This document shows, in pieces, positions 25,930 through 38,360 of a stretch of DNA of 64,000 nucleotides. Where the stretch lies: the NCBI RefSeq assembly GCF_009914755.1, contig NC_060928.1; one strand, 5' to 3'. Made by a program: the position numbers and the translations under genes. Origin of the DNA: the human T2T-CHM13v2.0 reference genome, Homo sapiens. The first letter of the stretch is position 1; each line of letters begins with the position of its first letter. The notes below the pieces were generated by a model that was not told the origin of the DNA, searched no databases, and saw only the letters and a list, made by a program, of their open reading frames with translations.

Positions 25930-26359
25930 CAGTTGACCCTTTAACAATGGGTTGGAACTGCAGGGGTCCTTATACATGGGAATTCACCTCTGCCACCCCT
26001 GAGACAGCAAGACCATCTATTCCCTTCACTCTCTTCCTTCTCAGCCTGCTTGACATGAAGATGACAAGGATGAAGACCTTTTTTGATGATCCACTTAATG
26101 AACAGTTAAGTATATTTCCTCTTCCTTATGATTTTCTTAATAACATTTCGTCTTCTCTAGCTTACCTTACTATAAGAACACAGTATATTATATATAAACA
26201 TATAAAATATGAGCTAATTGACTGTGTTATCAGTGAGACTTCTGGTCAACAGCAGGATATTAGTCATTAAGTTTTGGAGGCGTCAACAGTTATATACGTA
26301 TTTTCTATGGTGCCGGGTTGTCAGTGTCCCTAACCCTTGCATTATTCAAGAGTCAACTA
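25930..26359. mobile_element. Tigger2a/MER28-like TcMar-Tigger MITE
   Basis: TIRs CAGTTGACCCTT...TTCAAGAGTCAACTA flanked by TA dinucleotides. Confidence 0.88.
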
Positions 26360-27759
26360 TATTTAAACCTACACAATCCAATCCTGCAGGTAGCCACTCA
26401 CCCAATGAAGATAAATAATTGAAAATATGTGTATATATTTTCCAAAGAATTGTATTAACAAAATGAATTACACTGTTCTTCAGAACGAATAGTTGTCAAG
26501 GCATGTTTTTGTTCAGGCCTGTACTAGATAGATATTCTAAAATAACAAGATCCTGATACAAAACAATAATGGAAGATTAATATTTAAAATACAGATTTTT
26601 TCAATGACATTCGTATATAAAGTATCTCCAAAAGAAACAAATTTCATGAAATTATTTTTATTAAAAATATAAAACTGCTCAACATTCAATCATGAAGGAT
26701 ATAGAATTATCTTAATCAAGGATATTTTCATTTTGGAGGTATAAAATTAAATGGATGTCTTGTAGCTAGGAGAAACATGAAATTAGAACAAAAACATTAT
26801 ACTCCAAATTAGCAATGGAAAGTAATAAGTGATTTCATGATTTTATGCCAATTTTATGCTATTTAAAAAAAATAAATATAGCTCACAAAACTAATATCAC
26901 TAAATTATTTCAATAAAGGGAGGACAATAACAGTTTTAATGGAATTGAACAAAATTAAATTACCACTTGTTTATATAACATTCCAAGGTTTAAAATGAGC
27001 TTTCTTATTGAGAAACTAAGTGTAAATGTTCTATAGTAAAGATTCTTCAACCTCTCCCACATCAGAATGATATCTACTTATACATCAGGCTTCTCAAGGT
27101 GAGATCCATATATCTTCTGGGGAAAGTGAGTAGTGCCAGAGATTAGAGGCCCCAAGGAAAACTACAGCACACACCGTTAAGTTTATTTTATGGAATAGAA
27201 TGCTTCAAAGAAAATCTGACACATAAGCACCAACATATACTTAACGGCCTTGCATTTATCATAATGTTTCTGCCTCTCCATCTTTGCTCAGTCTCTCTTT
27301 TGCCCAGAAGCCGCTACCCTACTCCCACTCTGAACCCTCTACCCCACTCCCACACTGATTCTTTTCAGACAGCTGACTGCTTAACTTCAATCCTGGTATA
27401 ACATCCAGAAGAAAGCCTTCCTGAATTTCCCAGGCAGTGCCACCTCTGTACTCCTGGGGCACCTGGGAACAAAGCCAGCACCCCTCTCTCACTGGATGCT
27501 CTGGCATCTGCAGCAGCTCTCATCCCCTACAGGAAGGGCAGGGCCATCCCGTCAGTTGTTTATCATTAGCAAACAACAAATGTCACCGAAACTGAGCTAA
27601 AGCTAGGAGGTCCACTATGATCACTGGGAGGATACTGGCAAGTTATCTACTAACAAAGCTCAAAAACAATGTTAACAATAACACTTCGCATAAATAGGTT
27701 TCTTGTCAGAAATCTAAAGAGGAAAAGCAAAGTTTCGGTTTTGTAGAACACATCCTGGA

Positions 27760-27935
27760 CCTGCTACCTGACCCTGGCCAAATTACTTAACCTTTCTGGG
27801 CCTGTCATTTCCTTGTTTTTAAAATGAGAACAGGGCTAGCACCCACCACATTAGCTTAGTGAGTATTAAATCAGTCATGTGCATGAAGTTCTCAGACTAG
27901 TATCTAACAAGTGGCAAGTGTTTACTGAGTGCCAC
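27760..27935 (+). mobile_element. MIR relic
   Basis: TGACCCTGGCCAAATTACTTAACCTTTCTGGGCCT...TAAAATGAGAA. Confidence 0.7.
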
Positions 27936-28029
27936 TATCAATCAAGATCTTGAATGTGAAAAATCACATAATTTTCACATGTAAACTTCAGATCTACAGA
28001 ATAAAACTCTCATTATGCAAGGGAATGAA

Positions 28030-28330
28030 AAGAGACAAATTTAAAAAACATTTTATATGTTATATTAATCAAAGAAAGCCACATTGCTGTAATAAAGTAT
28101 GATCACTGCATATTTGAGAAAATGTTATTCAAGGTACTAAAAAGTAATTTGATGAACTTAAAATACTGATGAAAACTAAAATCTGTTGTCAATGTACAAA
28201 TGATGTTGCTAGTTCCATCACATTCTGCGTGTGCCTCTACATGCACATTATATAAATTGGAAGAAAACTATATGAATGTACAATCAGCAACTTCTCATTT
28301 GAAGAAGACAGACATCTGTGAAATAGACAT
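28030..28330 (-). other. Candidate alternative terminal exon, 3' boundary unknown
   Basis: Strong acceptor ttttttctcccccag|ATGTCT at 28330, second acceptor tttcacag| at 28315; early stops in two frames then UTR-like sequence. Confidence 0.3.
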
Positions 28331-28788
28331 CTGGGGGAGAAAAAAGTGACGTTTTTCTGTAGTGCCATTCATAAAGGTGTCACATCTATGCTATACTGTA
28401 TTAAGCCACAATTTTCTACATGTAAACGTATCGGGAGCTTAATATAAAACTACTGTAAGTTGGAATTTGCTAAAGGAACACTTAGGAACCATATAAACCT
28501 ATGAAATTATTTTTCACAATCAAAAAGACAGCTTCTTAAAGTAGCCTAATGTATATGGTACATATCCCAAGGGCGGACTAATTTACAAAAATGCTATCTC
28601 AGTAGCCTATGTATGTGTGTGTACATAAAAATAAGTCTTGTTACTAAAATAAAAATTCACTTTCCCACAACTCTCTGATGCAAGAAATCAGAGATTAAAA
28701 TGAAATAGTCATTCAAACAGTCTGTGGTAAAGGAGCCTTTCTCACATATGCTTATATTTTCAATGAACAAAAGCACACACTAAGCACG

Positions 28789-28790
<2 letters not shown>

Positions 28791-28826
<36 letters not shown>
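28791..28826. repeat. (TG)18 microsatellite
   Basis: 18 perfect units counted. Confidence 0.98.
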
Positions 28827-28830
<4 letters not shown>

Positions 28831-29783
28831 GGGATGCTTTTTGTTTGCAATCTAGAAGACACAGTACTACAGAGTCCTCATAGGAACACCTGCTATTATG
28901 GGGGAGGGATTGATAAACCTTCAGTGACAATTTCATATAGGTTGAACATTCTGAATCAAAATGTTATATATTCATAAATACTCTAAAAACCTATAATCCC
29001 ATGGTAGATAATGGAAGGAATAGTGGGGTGTGTGTTCCAAGGCTGATCTGGCACATGTGGAGGAAAATCCTTAGCAAATACTTTTGAATCAAAAAATACA
29101 TGTTCTTTTATTTTATAATGAGCTTACAAAAATGATTGTTAAGTCTTCATTTACAAACCTTTAAAATTAGAATCCATTCATTTCTGTAGTAAAAGTGTTA
29201 GTATAATCCAAGACAAACTCATTTATTCTACTGAAAAGAGTACCTATGCTTTTTAATGTTATCGTCATCATTATCATCCTCTGTAGTCAGAGAATCAGAT
29301 TCCTTTACATAAGGTATATCTCTCAATATAAATTCAGTACACTATGAAATGACTAGACTATACATCTCTTTTAATATGGTAAATATAACATGGAAGTCTC
29401 CCCCAAGTCATAACTTCAGTTATGCAAATATAATGCTACACATATTCCTCCAAATATAATACATTTCTGTGATATCGAAAACTTTTAAACTTCTTCCTAG
29501 AAGAATCTAGGAAAATACCAACATGACAAGCTTTTATGTTACATACAACAAAGCCTCCACCAAAGGCTCTTCATTTAACATTAATTATTTCTGCTAAATA
29601 ATACCATATTATATTGATTTTTCTGTTTATCAATCTCCATTATATCTTTTCCTTTTGACATTTTAAAAGAAAGTGCAACAGAGATGTCAGCCACTTTAGT
29701 TCCTGGCATGTTAAAAGCAAGGCAAAGGTTTGATGAGGAGGGTTAAAAAAAATGAATAAACATCAGGAATAGGAAGTTCTTAC

Positions 29784-29796
29784 CTTTTGATTTATG
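29784..29796 (-). other. Candidate 13-nt microexon
   Basis: ttgtattttttcctcttacaacag|CATAAATCAAAAG|gtaaga: consensus acceptor and donor 13 nt apart. Confidence 0.35.
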
Positions 29797-29931
29797 CTGT
29801 TGTAAGAGGAAAAAATACAAATATCTTTAAATTGTGAAAATGCACTGAAAATATCCTCTTTCAAAGGACTATATTTACTTAACTACGTGTTCCTAACGCA
29901 AGGTAAATCCCTTATTAAAATGCCATATCTC

Positions 29932-30537
29932 ACCATTGTGGAAGTCAGTGTGGCGATTCCTCAGGGATCTAGAACCGGAAATACCATTTGACCCAGCCAT
30001 CCCATTACTGGGTATATACCCAAAGGACTATAAATTATGCTGCTAAAAAGACACATGCACACGTATGTTTATTGCGGCATTATTCACAATAGCGAAGACT
30101 TGGAACCAACCCAAATGTCCAACAATGATCGACTGGATTAAGAAAATGTGGCACATATATACCATGGAATACTATGCAGCCATAAAAAATGATGAGTTCA
30201 TGTCCTTTGTAGGGACATGGATGAAATTGGAAATCATCATTGTCAGTCAAATATCGCAAGAACAAAAAACCAAACACCGCATATTCTCACTCATAGGTGG
30301 GAATTGAACAATGAGATCACATGGACACAGGAAGGGGAATATCACACTCTGGGGGCTGTGGTGGGGTGGGGGGAGGGGGGAGGGGTAGCATTGGGAGATA
30401 TACCTAATGCTAGATGACGAGTTAGTGGATGCAGCGCACCAGCATGGCACATGTATACATATGTAACTAACCTGCACAATGTGCACATGTACCCTAGAAC
30501 TTAAAGTATAATAACAAATAAAAAATAAAAAAAAAAT
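29932..30537 (+). mobile_element. 5'-truncated L1PA2 (ORF2 C-terminus, 3'UTR, poly-A)
   Basis: Close to L1HS 3' end; ORF 30065-30307 is the ORF2p C-terminus (...HRIFSLIGGN); diagnostic GAG rather than ACA/ACG in TAGATGACGAGTTAGT; 15-bp TSD AAAATGCCATATCTC at 29917-29931 and 30538-30552 on a TT|AAAA site. Confidence 0.95.
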
Positions 30538-31569
30538 AAAATGCCATATCTCCGTTCTTTTTTGCTAAATTTAAATTATATGAAACTGTTTAATCACTGA
30601 GGTTTTAAAAGTAGTAGTCTTAGAATCTCAAGAAAAAAAGGCTTGCATTTTCAACACACTTATAGCTATGCTTATAATTAATCCATTAGAGTACCTGGCT
30701 AATAAGTTAATTTGTAATTTGTAATTTCCTTAAAACACAGTAATAACATACCAAGAAGAGTATTTCCATTAGCCAAGTTTGATCTTAGAAAAAGAAAACA
30801 TCTACAAAAACACTAAGTGGATCACATAAAATAAGCTAAACCACAATTTACACACACGCACACACACACACACAGAGTGCAAGAATCATTTTTCAAGCAT
30901 CGTTCATTCAGATCATTTACCAGGAGAGAGCTGTAAAAAGAAAAAATTCATGCTTGAATGAACTGATCATTGAAATGCTTCTGCTAATCTATGATTTTGG
31001 TCCAACTTCCCTATATAGTCCTCTCTCTTTTTTTTATTTTCTGACCCATTCAACTTAAATATCATCTGAAAAGATTATAAGTTGGTTTCCTTAGAACTAC
31101 ACCCAACATTTGACCAAATGTGTTTATTTCCTCTACCTTGCCCTCACCATGGGTTTTTAAAGGGGGGAAAAAAAAGAAAGCTAATAATTTGAACATTTTG
31201 TAACCTAGATGTAATTTTTAGAATGTATCAGACCACATAGTTCTTACATGTTCCTGATAGAAGTTAGGATTTTTATCATCATATAGGTGATACACATCCA
31301 CTTGGGTTAGATGTACGATCTATACCTTCCCCACAACAAAGGATTCTAGTGACCTTTGGTTTTACCATTCACAAATGGCAGATATATCTACGAAACTAAG
31401 GGATAAACAAATGAATATCAATAAATTTTATATGTGCCAAAATAAACTAGTCATCAGTACATCTTTCACTGCTGTCCAAGTATCAGAGTTTAAAGAGTTT
31501 TGTTCTTTTAAAAAAGGGGCTATGGTGGTACAGGTGGAAATCTAAGAGTCACCTCCCACTTTCTCCATA

Positions 31570-31700
31570 TTTTATGGTGTCCCAGACCCCTTTGAGAAAC
31601 ATGTGCAAGCTGTGTACCCAGACTCTCCCATGTAGTATGTATACAGAATGTTACGTGTCATTTCAAGAGGCTCACAGAAACCTCCAAGCTGATAATTTAT
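31570..31700. mobile_element. Charlie4z-like hAT fragment
   Basis: CAGACCCCTTTGAGAAAC...AAGCTGTG...ATTTCAAGAGGCTCACAGA motif. Confidence 0.5.
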
Positions 31701-33695
31701 AAACCTTAAGAATGGCAATGTAATGTACAGGAGAGCTAAATCTTTACACACAATCAGCTTATCCCATGTAACTACAGAGGCTGGAGCCAGGTGAGCATTC
31801 AGGCTGAGAAAATAAGGCAGGAATAGGTGCAAATAAGGAATTGGTGCATAGTGGTGGAGGAGCAACCCCGGGGTTTGCTTTGTTTCCTTCTAAACAGGAA
31901 GACAAGGTAGCAGAACAAAGTGAAAGGAATTTCTTAGTAAGAGTGGCTAAGAAGAAATGGAATTTTCTATAGCAAGACTGCTCAAGTACAAAAACATAAA
32001 AGGGATATCCTAAGCCATTTAGAAAATCTTGGCAATACAAATAAATACATTGCTCATCTGCCCCTACTTTATACTTTCTTATCATTTTGCTTATTTAGCA
32101 TCAAGCACTGTAGAGAACTTTGGAAAAATAATATAATTGACATTATTAATTTATATATACATAAGCATGCTGTACACATGTTCTTTGTCCTACATGACAC
32201 TATGTGCTTTCTGCTTTCTTCTTTAAACAAAACAAAAAAGCTCCAACTAAAAGTGGATCATAGCAACATAGTCCAAGATCTATACACTGTGTAACTGCCT
32301 TCAGTGTGCTCATTACTTTCCTACTCTATGCTCTGTGTATTAAAGGCTCTTACGGTAAAGCTAAAGTGCTTATAGGCAAAACAAACAACTCAGCCAAAAG
32401 CATCACAAAAACTATATTAGTATATATTCTTCAGTAACAAACCCATTTTTCCCTTAAGAACCTTTAAAAAAAGTTATAAGTATCCGACATATTAATATCA
32501 TCCCTATTGGATTTAGGATGTGTTTGGATTATAAAAAGAATCATAATTTGAATCAGTTTGAAATATTTTGATTCTGACTGAAATTTTTCCAATTCACAGA
32601 GTAATTAACTGGGTTTATGAGAGAATTAATTAAAAATCTGTAAATCCTATATGCCAGGTATTTTAATAGATGCTTTCAGGTAAGTGTTCATCTTAATTAT
32701 ATAATGCTAACATCACTTATAACACAATATTAAGTATGGGTTGGCAAGAAACAGTAATGGTGAGTTACATGTTACACCCATAAAGTCTGGGGTTCCACGA
32801 TAATAAAGTGTATGACTGGCCACAGCTGTCACCCTCATAGACTGCCTCCTCAGGATGCCACCCAAGGCCCCTTGCAACATTAACACCCTGAATTGTAATT
32901 ATCTTTGTGTTTTTTCCCCTACTAGATTGTAAGCTCCAGCAAGACAAAGACCATGTATTAATTATGGTGTATTCTAGCGCCTGATAATGAATCTCTGCTA
33001 AATAAAAACAGTGAAGTGTTTGTTTTCAGATAACCTTCCAGCAGAAGTTGAGGATTTTTAAAAATGCAAAGATTACACATCCAGAATAAATTTTAAATAA
33101 AAATAGAGAATCTCTAAATTGACAGCCCACATCAGTTACCCAGAATCAATTTAGACATAAGAATCCTCAACATCAGAATTAAAATGCTAAACCTTTAATC
33201 ACTTTGAATAAAAATCTCTAGGCTACGATATTCTTTTCTTTCTTAAATGTAATATAATTTAACATTCTGTCAATGTCTCAGTAATTATTGCCAACATCAT
33301 CATTAGACAGGACTTTGAAGAAGCCAAAGAATGAGACTGCCAGATTGAACCTTGCCCAGAAGTAGCTCTGTAAGTTACTGCCCTTAGGGGCCTCTGAGAT
33401 TGTCCTTTTCCATTCTCCTCCAACATTATGTCATTAATAGGAAATTGTGGGCCCTGGTTTTAATCTCAACTCTGACACCTTATTATCTGAATCCTGGACA
33501 AGTTAAATCTCTCTGGTCCACCATCTCTCCAGCTGTTAAACTGGAGTTAATACCACCTGATCCGGGACTATCACAGAGTTTCACAGCCTTCAGGGTCCTC
33601 CCTTCTCCTTCCATTCTTACAAGGTGTACCTTACTTTTAATGGTTACTGAGGTATAGGTAACCATATTTTCTGAACCAAAAATTGAGGGACATAA

Positions 33696-34047
<352 letters not shown>

Positions 34048-34124
34048 TAATATACAGATTTCCTGGAAAATTCAAGACATGTGGCGTATCCCAAGATTTC
34101 AGGCTGTTTGCATTATTTCCTTTT

Positions 34125-34355
34125 AGGTAAGAGAAATAAGTTCTAGTGTTCTGTACCATTTTAGGATGACTACAGTTAATGATACTGTATTATACAGTTT
34201 CATATAGAAGGAGGATACTGAATGCTCCCAACACAAAAAATGATAAATGTTTGGGATGATGAATATATTAATTACCTTGATCTGATCACTATATGTGTAT
34301 TACAATGTCACTATGTACCTCATGAATAAGTACAATTATTTGTCAATTTAAAAAC
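34125..34355 (+). mobile_element. L1MA 3'UTR fragment
   Basis: AATAAGTTCTAGTGTTC...GAATGCTCCCAACACAAAAAATGATAAATGTTTG...TATGTACCTCATGAAT. Confidence 0.8.
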
Positions 34356-35402
34356 TTTAAAACTTTAAAATTTAAAAATTAAAAATTTTAAAAATGAAAT
34401 TTTTTGAAGTCTGAGCCTTTACCTTCACATTGGCTGTTCTATTATTTCCATTCACTTACGGAATTGTACATATTCACTCCCGCTTTCATCTGCTCAAAAG
34501 TTACAGAGTTATAGGGACTGTGTGCCGAGACTATACAGCAGTGAAGAAAATGGGCACAGTTCCCATTGCTATGGAATTTACAATCTAGACTCAAAGAAGA
34601 CAGAGCCATTCAACCAAAAAATTCCCCATGTAAATAATTACAATTGTAATAACTGCTGTGGAGTATATGAGAGAGAATCTATAATAGGAAAACCTGACTG
34701 CAGAGGGGTGGGTAAAGGAGAGAGGGAAGGGCTGACTTAAGCAGGGAATTGTAGGAAGAGCGACTTAGGCCCTCCTCTATGGCTCTCATGGTGTTTCCGT
34801 TATGACATCTTTCTACATTCCGTTCAACCACTTTTCATTTATTCCATTTCTCTTTCTCCCATGCTACACAACTACAATGGGATGCGGTTGAAAAGTGGTT
34901 AGATTTTGAATCAGAAGACCTAGCAGTGAGTGTCATCTATAAAGGTGACAACGTTGCCTTGCCTTCCTGTGCTCCATCCATAAAGTGGAGAGGACACTGC
35001 TTTAAACCACCACACCTCAGAGTTCCTGTGAGTAAGGACAATACGTGAAATGACAGATGCCGAAGCCCTGAGTGACCATGAGGGGCTAATCAAGAGTACA
35101 AATTTACTTTTCCTACAACATATTGCTTTTGTATTCTTTTCTGCTTTTAGTGATCTCTTCAGGGCTGTTGGCATTGTCTGAAAAGCAGAGAGATTTTAAA
35201 TATCCCAAGTCAAAGTCCTGTTTTCTTTCTAGTCAGAATTTGGACCTGTCAGAACACACCTTCCTTCCATTTTTCAGTCATTTATTCACTTCACAGACTT
35301 CAAAATATATTTATGTATCAAAGTCACAGGCATCGGGGACAGGATTTTTTACATGAAATTACAGCACTACTCGTAACCATTAAAGTCTAGACTTCTCATA
35401 GA

Positions 35403-35404
<2 letters not shown>

Positions 35405-35456
<52 letters not shown>

Positions 35457-35736
35457 AGACGGAGTGTCGCTCTTTGGCCCAGGCCGGATTGCAGTGGCGC
35501 TATCTCAGCTCACTGCAAGCTCCGCCTCCTGGGTTCATGCCATACTCCTGCCTCAGCCTCCTGAGTAGCTGGGACTACAGGTGCCCACCACCACGCCCGG
35601 CTAATGTTTTGTATTTTTAGTAGAGATGGGGTTTAACTGTGTTAGCCAGGATGGTCTCGATCTCCTGACCTTGTGATCCACCCGCCTTGGCCTCCCAAAG
35701 TGCTGGGATTACAGGCGTGAGCCACCGCGCCCAGCC
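35405..35736 (-). mobile_element. AluY (AluYe-like) with 51-nt pure poly(A) tail
   Basis: AluY diagnostics (GCAAGCTCCGCC, TTAGCCAGGATGG) plus GAGATAGCGCC...TCCGGCC...AAAGAGCG pattern recalled for the Ye lineage; T51 at 35405-35455; 16-bp TSD with 2 mismatches (35390-35405, 35737-35752). Confidence 0.93.
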
Positions 35737-35899
35737 GACTTTTCATATATCTCTACATCAAGTCTCACCTATCACTTCAAAGGGGTAAAAATACTCTTCT
35801 GCTCAAACTGTATTCAGTCTCTCGTGTCAATGGAAAATGGTGTGTTACAGATAGAAAATTCTAAAGAAGATCTCACATTTCAAAATTAATACCTAATTT

Positions 35900-36411
35900 T
35901 ACTCAGTAATTACATTTTATTTCAAACATATGCCCTTACAATTAGTCTTGAATTTGAATCTAAGTTTCATAACTTCTGGGTAAGATGACCATTTAGTAAA
36001 CTGCCTACCAATTTTAGTTTACTTATCTGTTAAGCACCATAGTATTTATGATCTATATAAGATTGTAATGAAAACTACATTTTTGTAAAACACCATACAT
36101 AGTGCTCAGTATGTTCTTCCCTCCTGCCATTTCTTATATTTCTTGATTAATACCTTTAAATAACTCGAGGAGCTTCGCCATACTACTACGCTTCAGTGTG
36201 TTGGAAATGAAACATGCGCTTTTCTCCCATGCTTTGCCTGACTGACACACTGCTTTAGGGAGCACTGAAGTCGTCAGTTTGGATTACAGAATTGGAGATT
36301 ACAGGAATCAATTTTAGAAGAAATATTTAGAGAAAAGTAATCTTCTTTGCTTCCATGAATGGTAATGTTTCTGGAACTATATTGGAATTGGCTTGTTCCC
36401 GTAGAAGTTCC
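35900..36411 (-). other. Candidate alternative terminal exon
   Basis: Acceptor ctctttatag|GGAACT at 36411; phase-0 frame GTSTGTSQFQYSSRNITIHGSKEDYFSLNISSKIDSCNLQFCNPN* (stop 36274-36276); AATAAA at 35916-35921 on minus strand; non-repeat sequence. Confidence 0.3.
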
Positions 36412-36692
36412 CTATAAAGAGTAATGATACTGAGCTACTCTCTGAAATTGTAGAGTGAATGCAGAATTCATATTAGATGCCTCTTAACAATCCTTAACAA
36501 TATGTGTTAGGTCCTTACAAAGGCAAAAAACAATTCCATTTAATAACATCTTCTGCATGCATAATACTAAAATTTTTCAAAGCTATTTCCTTTGTTTTAT
36601 CTTTATAATACTTTCCTATGTTGATGGGTGTAGTCATCATGTGGCACAATGTGCCATATGGCCTGACTGTCCAAGGTCACACAGTGAGATGA

Positions 36693-37325
36693 CTGGTTGA
36701 GTATCCCTTATCCAAATTGCTCGGGACCAGAAGTGTTTTGGCTTTGGGTTTTTTTTTTTTTTTGGAATACTGGCACAAACATAATGAGATATATTGGGGA
36801 TGGGACCCAAGTCTAAACATGAAATTCATTTATGTTTCATATACACCTTATACACAGAGCCTGAAGCTAATTTTACACAATATTTTTAATAATTTTGTGC
36901 ATGAAACAAAATAACGTACACTAAGCCATTAGAAAGCAAAGGTGTCACTATCCTGGCCAGCCACCCATGTGGACAATCTGTGGTTGTTTGAAATCACCAT
37001 CATTCCTGACTCTAAATCTATATGCTACCAATAAGCAATCCTTTTCTTAACACTTATTTCCATGTAAGTACTTAACAATAAAAAATATGAGACACATATC
37101 TGGCATGTGCAGAAAAGATACATCACAGTTGAAGGGGGCTAGGAAAGCCTTTCTTCCCTTGGGGATGCTGAATATACTGTGTTGGGGACCTGCATTTTGA
37201 CTGTGACCTCTCACATGAGGTCAGCTGTGAAATTTTCCACTTGTGACATTATATCAGGGCTTAAAAAGTCTTGCATTTTGGAGCATTTCAGATTTCAAAT
37301 TTTCAGATAAGGGATACTCAACCTG
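36693..37325. mobile_element. Tigger4b/Zombi-like TcMar-Tigger element
   Basis: TIRs CTGGTTGAGTATCCCTTATC...GATAAGGGATACTCAACCTG followed by TA. Confidence 0.9.
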
Positions 37326-37373
37326 TACTGGTAAAACCAGCTCTAGAATACTCATTTCCTTGGTTCCCCTACC

Positions 37374-37835
37374 CAGAATTTCTTAACCTTTTTTAGTGCC
37401 ATGGATCTTTTGGCAGCCTGATAAAGTCTACGTAACCCTTATCAAATTATGTTTCTTAAGTATCATAACTAGATTACTGAGAAATCAATCAGATTGACAG
37501 GTATCAAAATATTTTAAAATATGATACAGTAATATGCTGCTTTATTAGTGTGGGAAATAAGAAGATCCAGCTGTAATTAATAAATACTGTAATTTACAGT
37601 AGTGATGAACTTAAATATTTTGAGATCTCTACAACCATGTGATATGAAAATATCTATAATTTCTATTAGCAGCAAAGTCACAGTTTTTCTTGTTATTAAT
37701 TTTTTGCCTACATTCATAATTAAGGGAAATGATAAATTTCAATCAGATATTAGTGAAAATACAAGTATAACTTTTTCCCATCCAAGCTCACAAACTCCCG
37801 GAAATTCCAGGCACTGACCCCACTAAGACTCTTGT
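37374..37835. mobile_element. Charlie4a-like hAT element
   Basis: TTCTTAACCTTTTTTAGTGCCATGGATC...TTGGCAGCCTGATAAAG start typical of Charlie4a. Confidence 0.75.
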
Positions 37836-38360
37836 CAACTCTCCCAACAAAGCTCACCAATTTATAAGACAGCCACAGAAATTTTTTAAGTATTTCAATG
37901 TATAACAAAAGTTATCCGTAATATCAAAATCTAAAAATCAAACAAAAAAACCCCAGAAAACTGTACATCTCATAAATTCAAACCTTTTATTTCCTAACTT
38001 CTGCCAATCTTAATATTCCAAATCTTTGTATAAATTTCTAGAAAGATTTCAGGAAGTATGGAGTTATAAACACCTAATCTGTTGAAAATATATAATGTTA
38101 GACAAATTTACTTTGGTTTCCAAATCAAAAAAAAATAACAAAGCAGGTGTATCCACATACAAGGATATTAACAATTATGAAGAAAGATATATTTGTTTCC
38201 ATGCCTTTCCCCAAATCCTTTTCCTTGGGCCCTTCCCTCCAAGAATGTTGTGCAGTCATGGCTTGCTCCCTGGCTTCAGCAGAACCTGTCATAGCTCTAC
38301 CAAGCATACCAAGGTACCCCATGTCAGGAGACTTCAAAGCAACCCCAAATTCACTCCTTG

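Noticed and set aside
30065-30307. 80-aa ORF as a gene
   Set aside because: It is the C-terminal remnant of L1 ORF2p in a 5'-truncated copy
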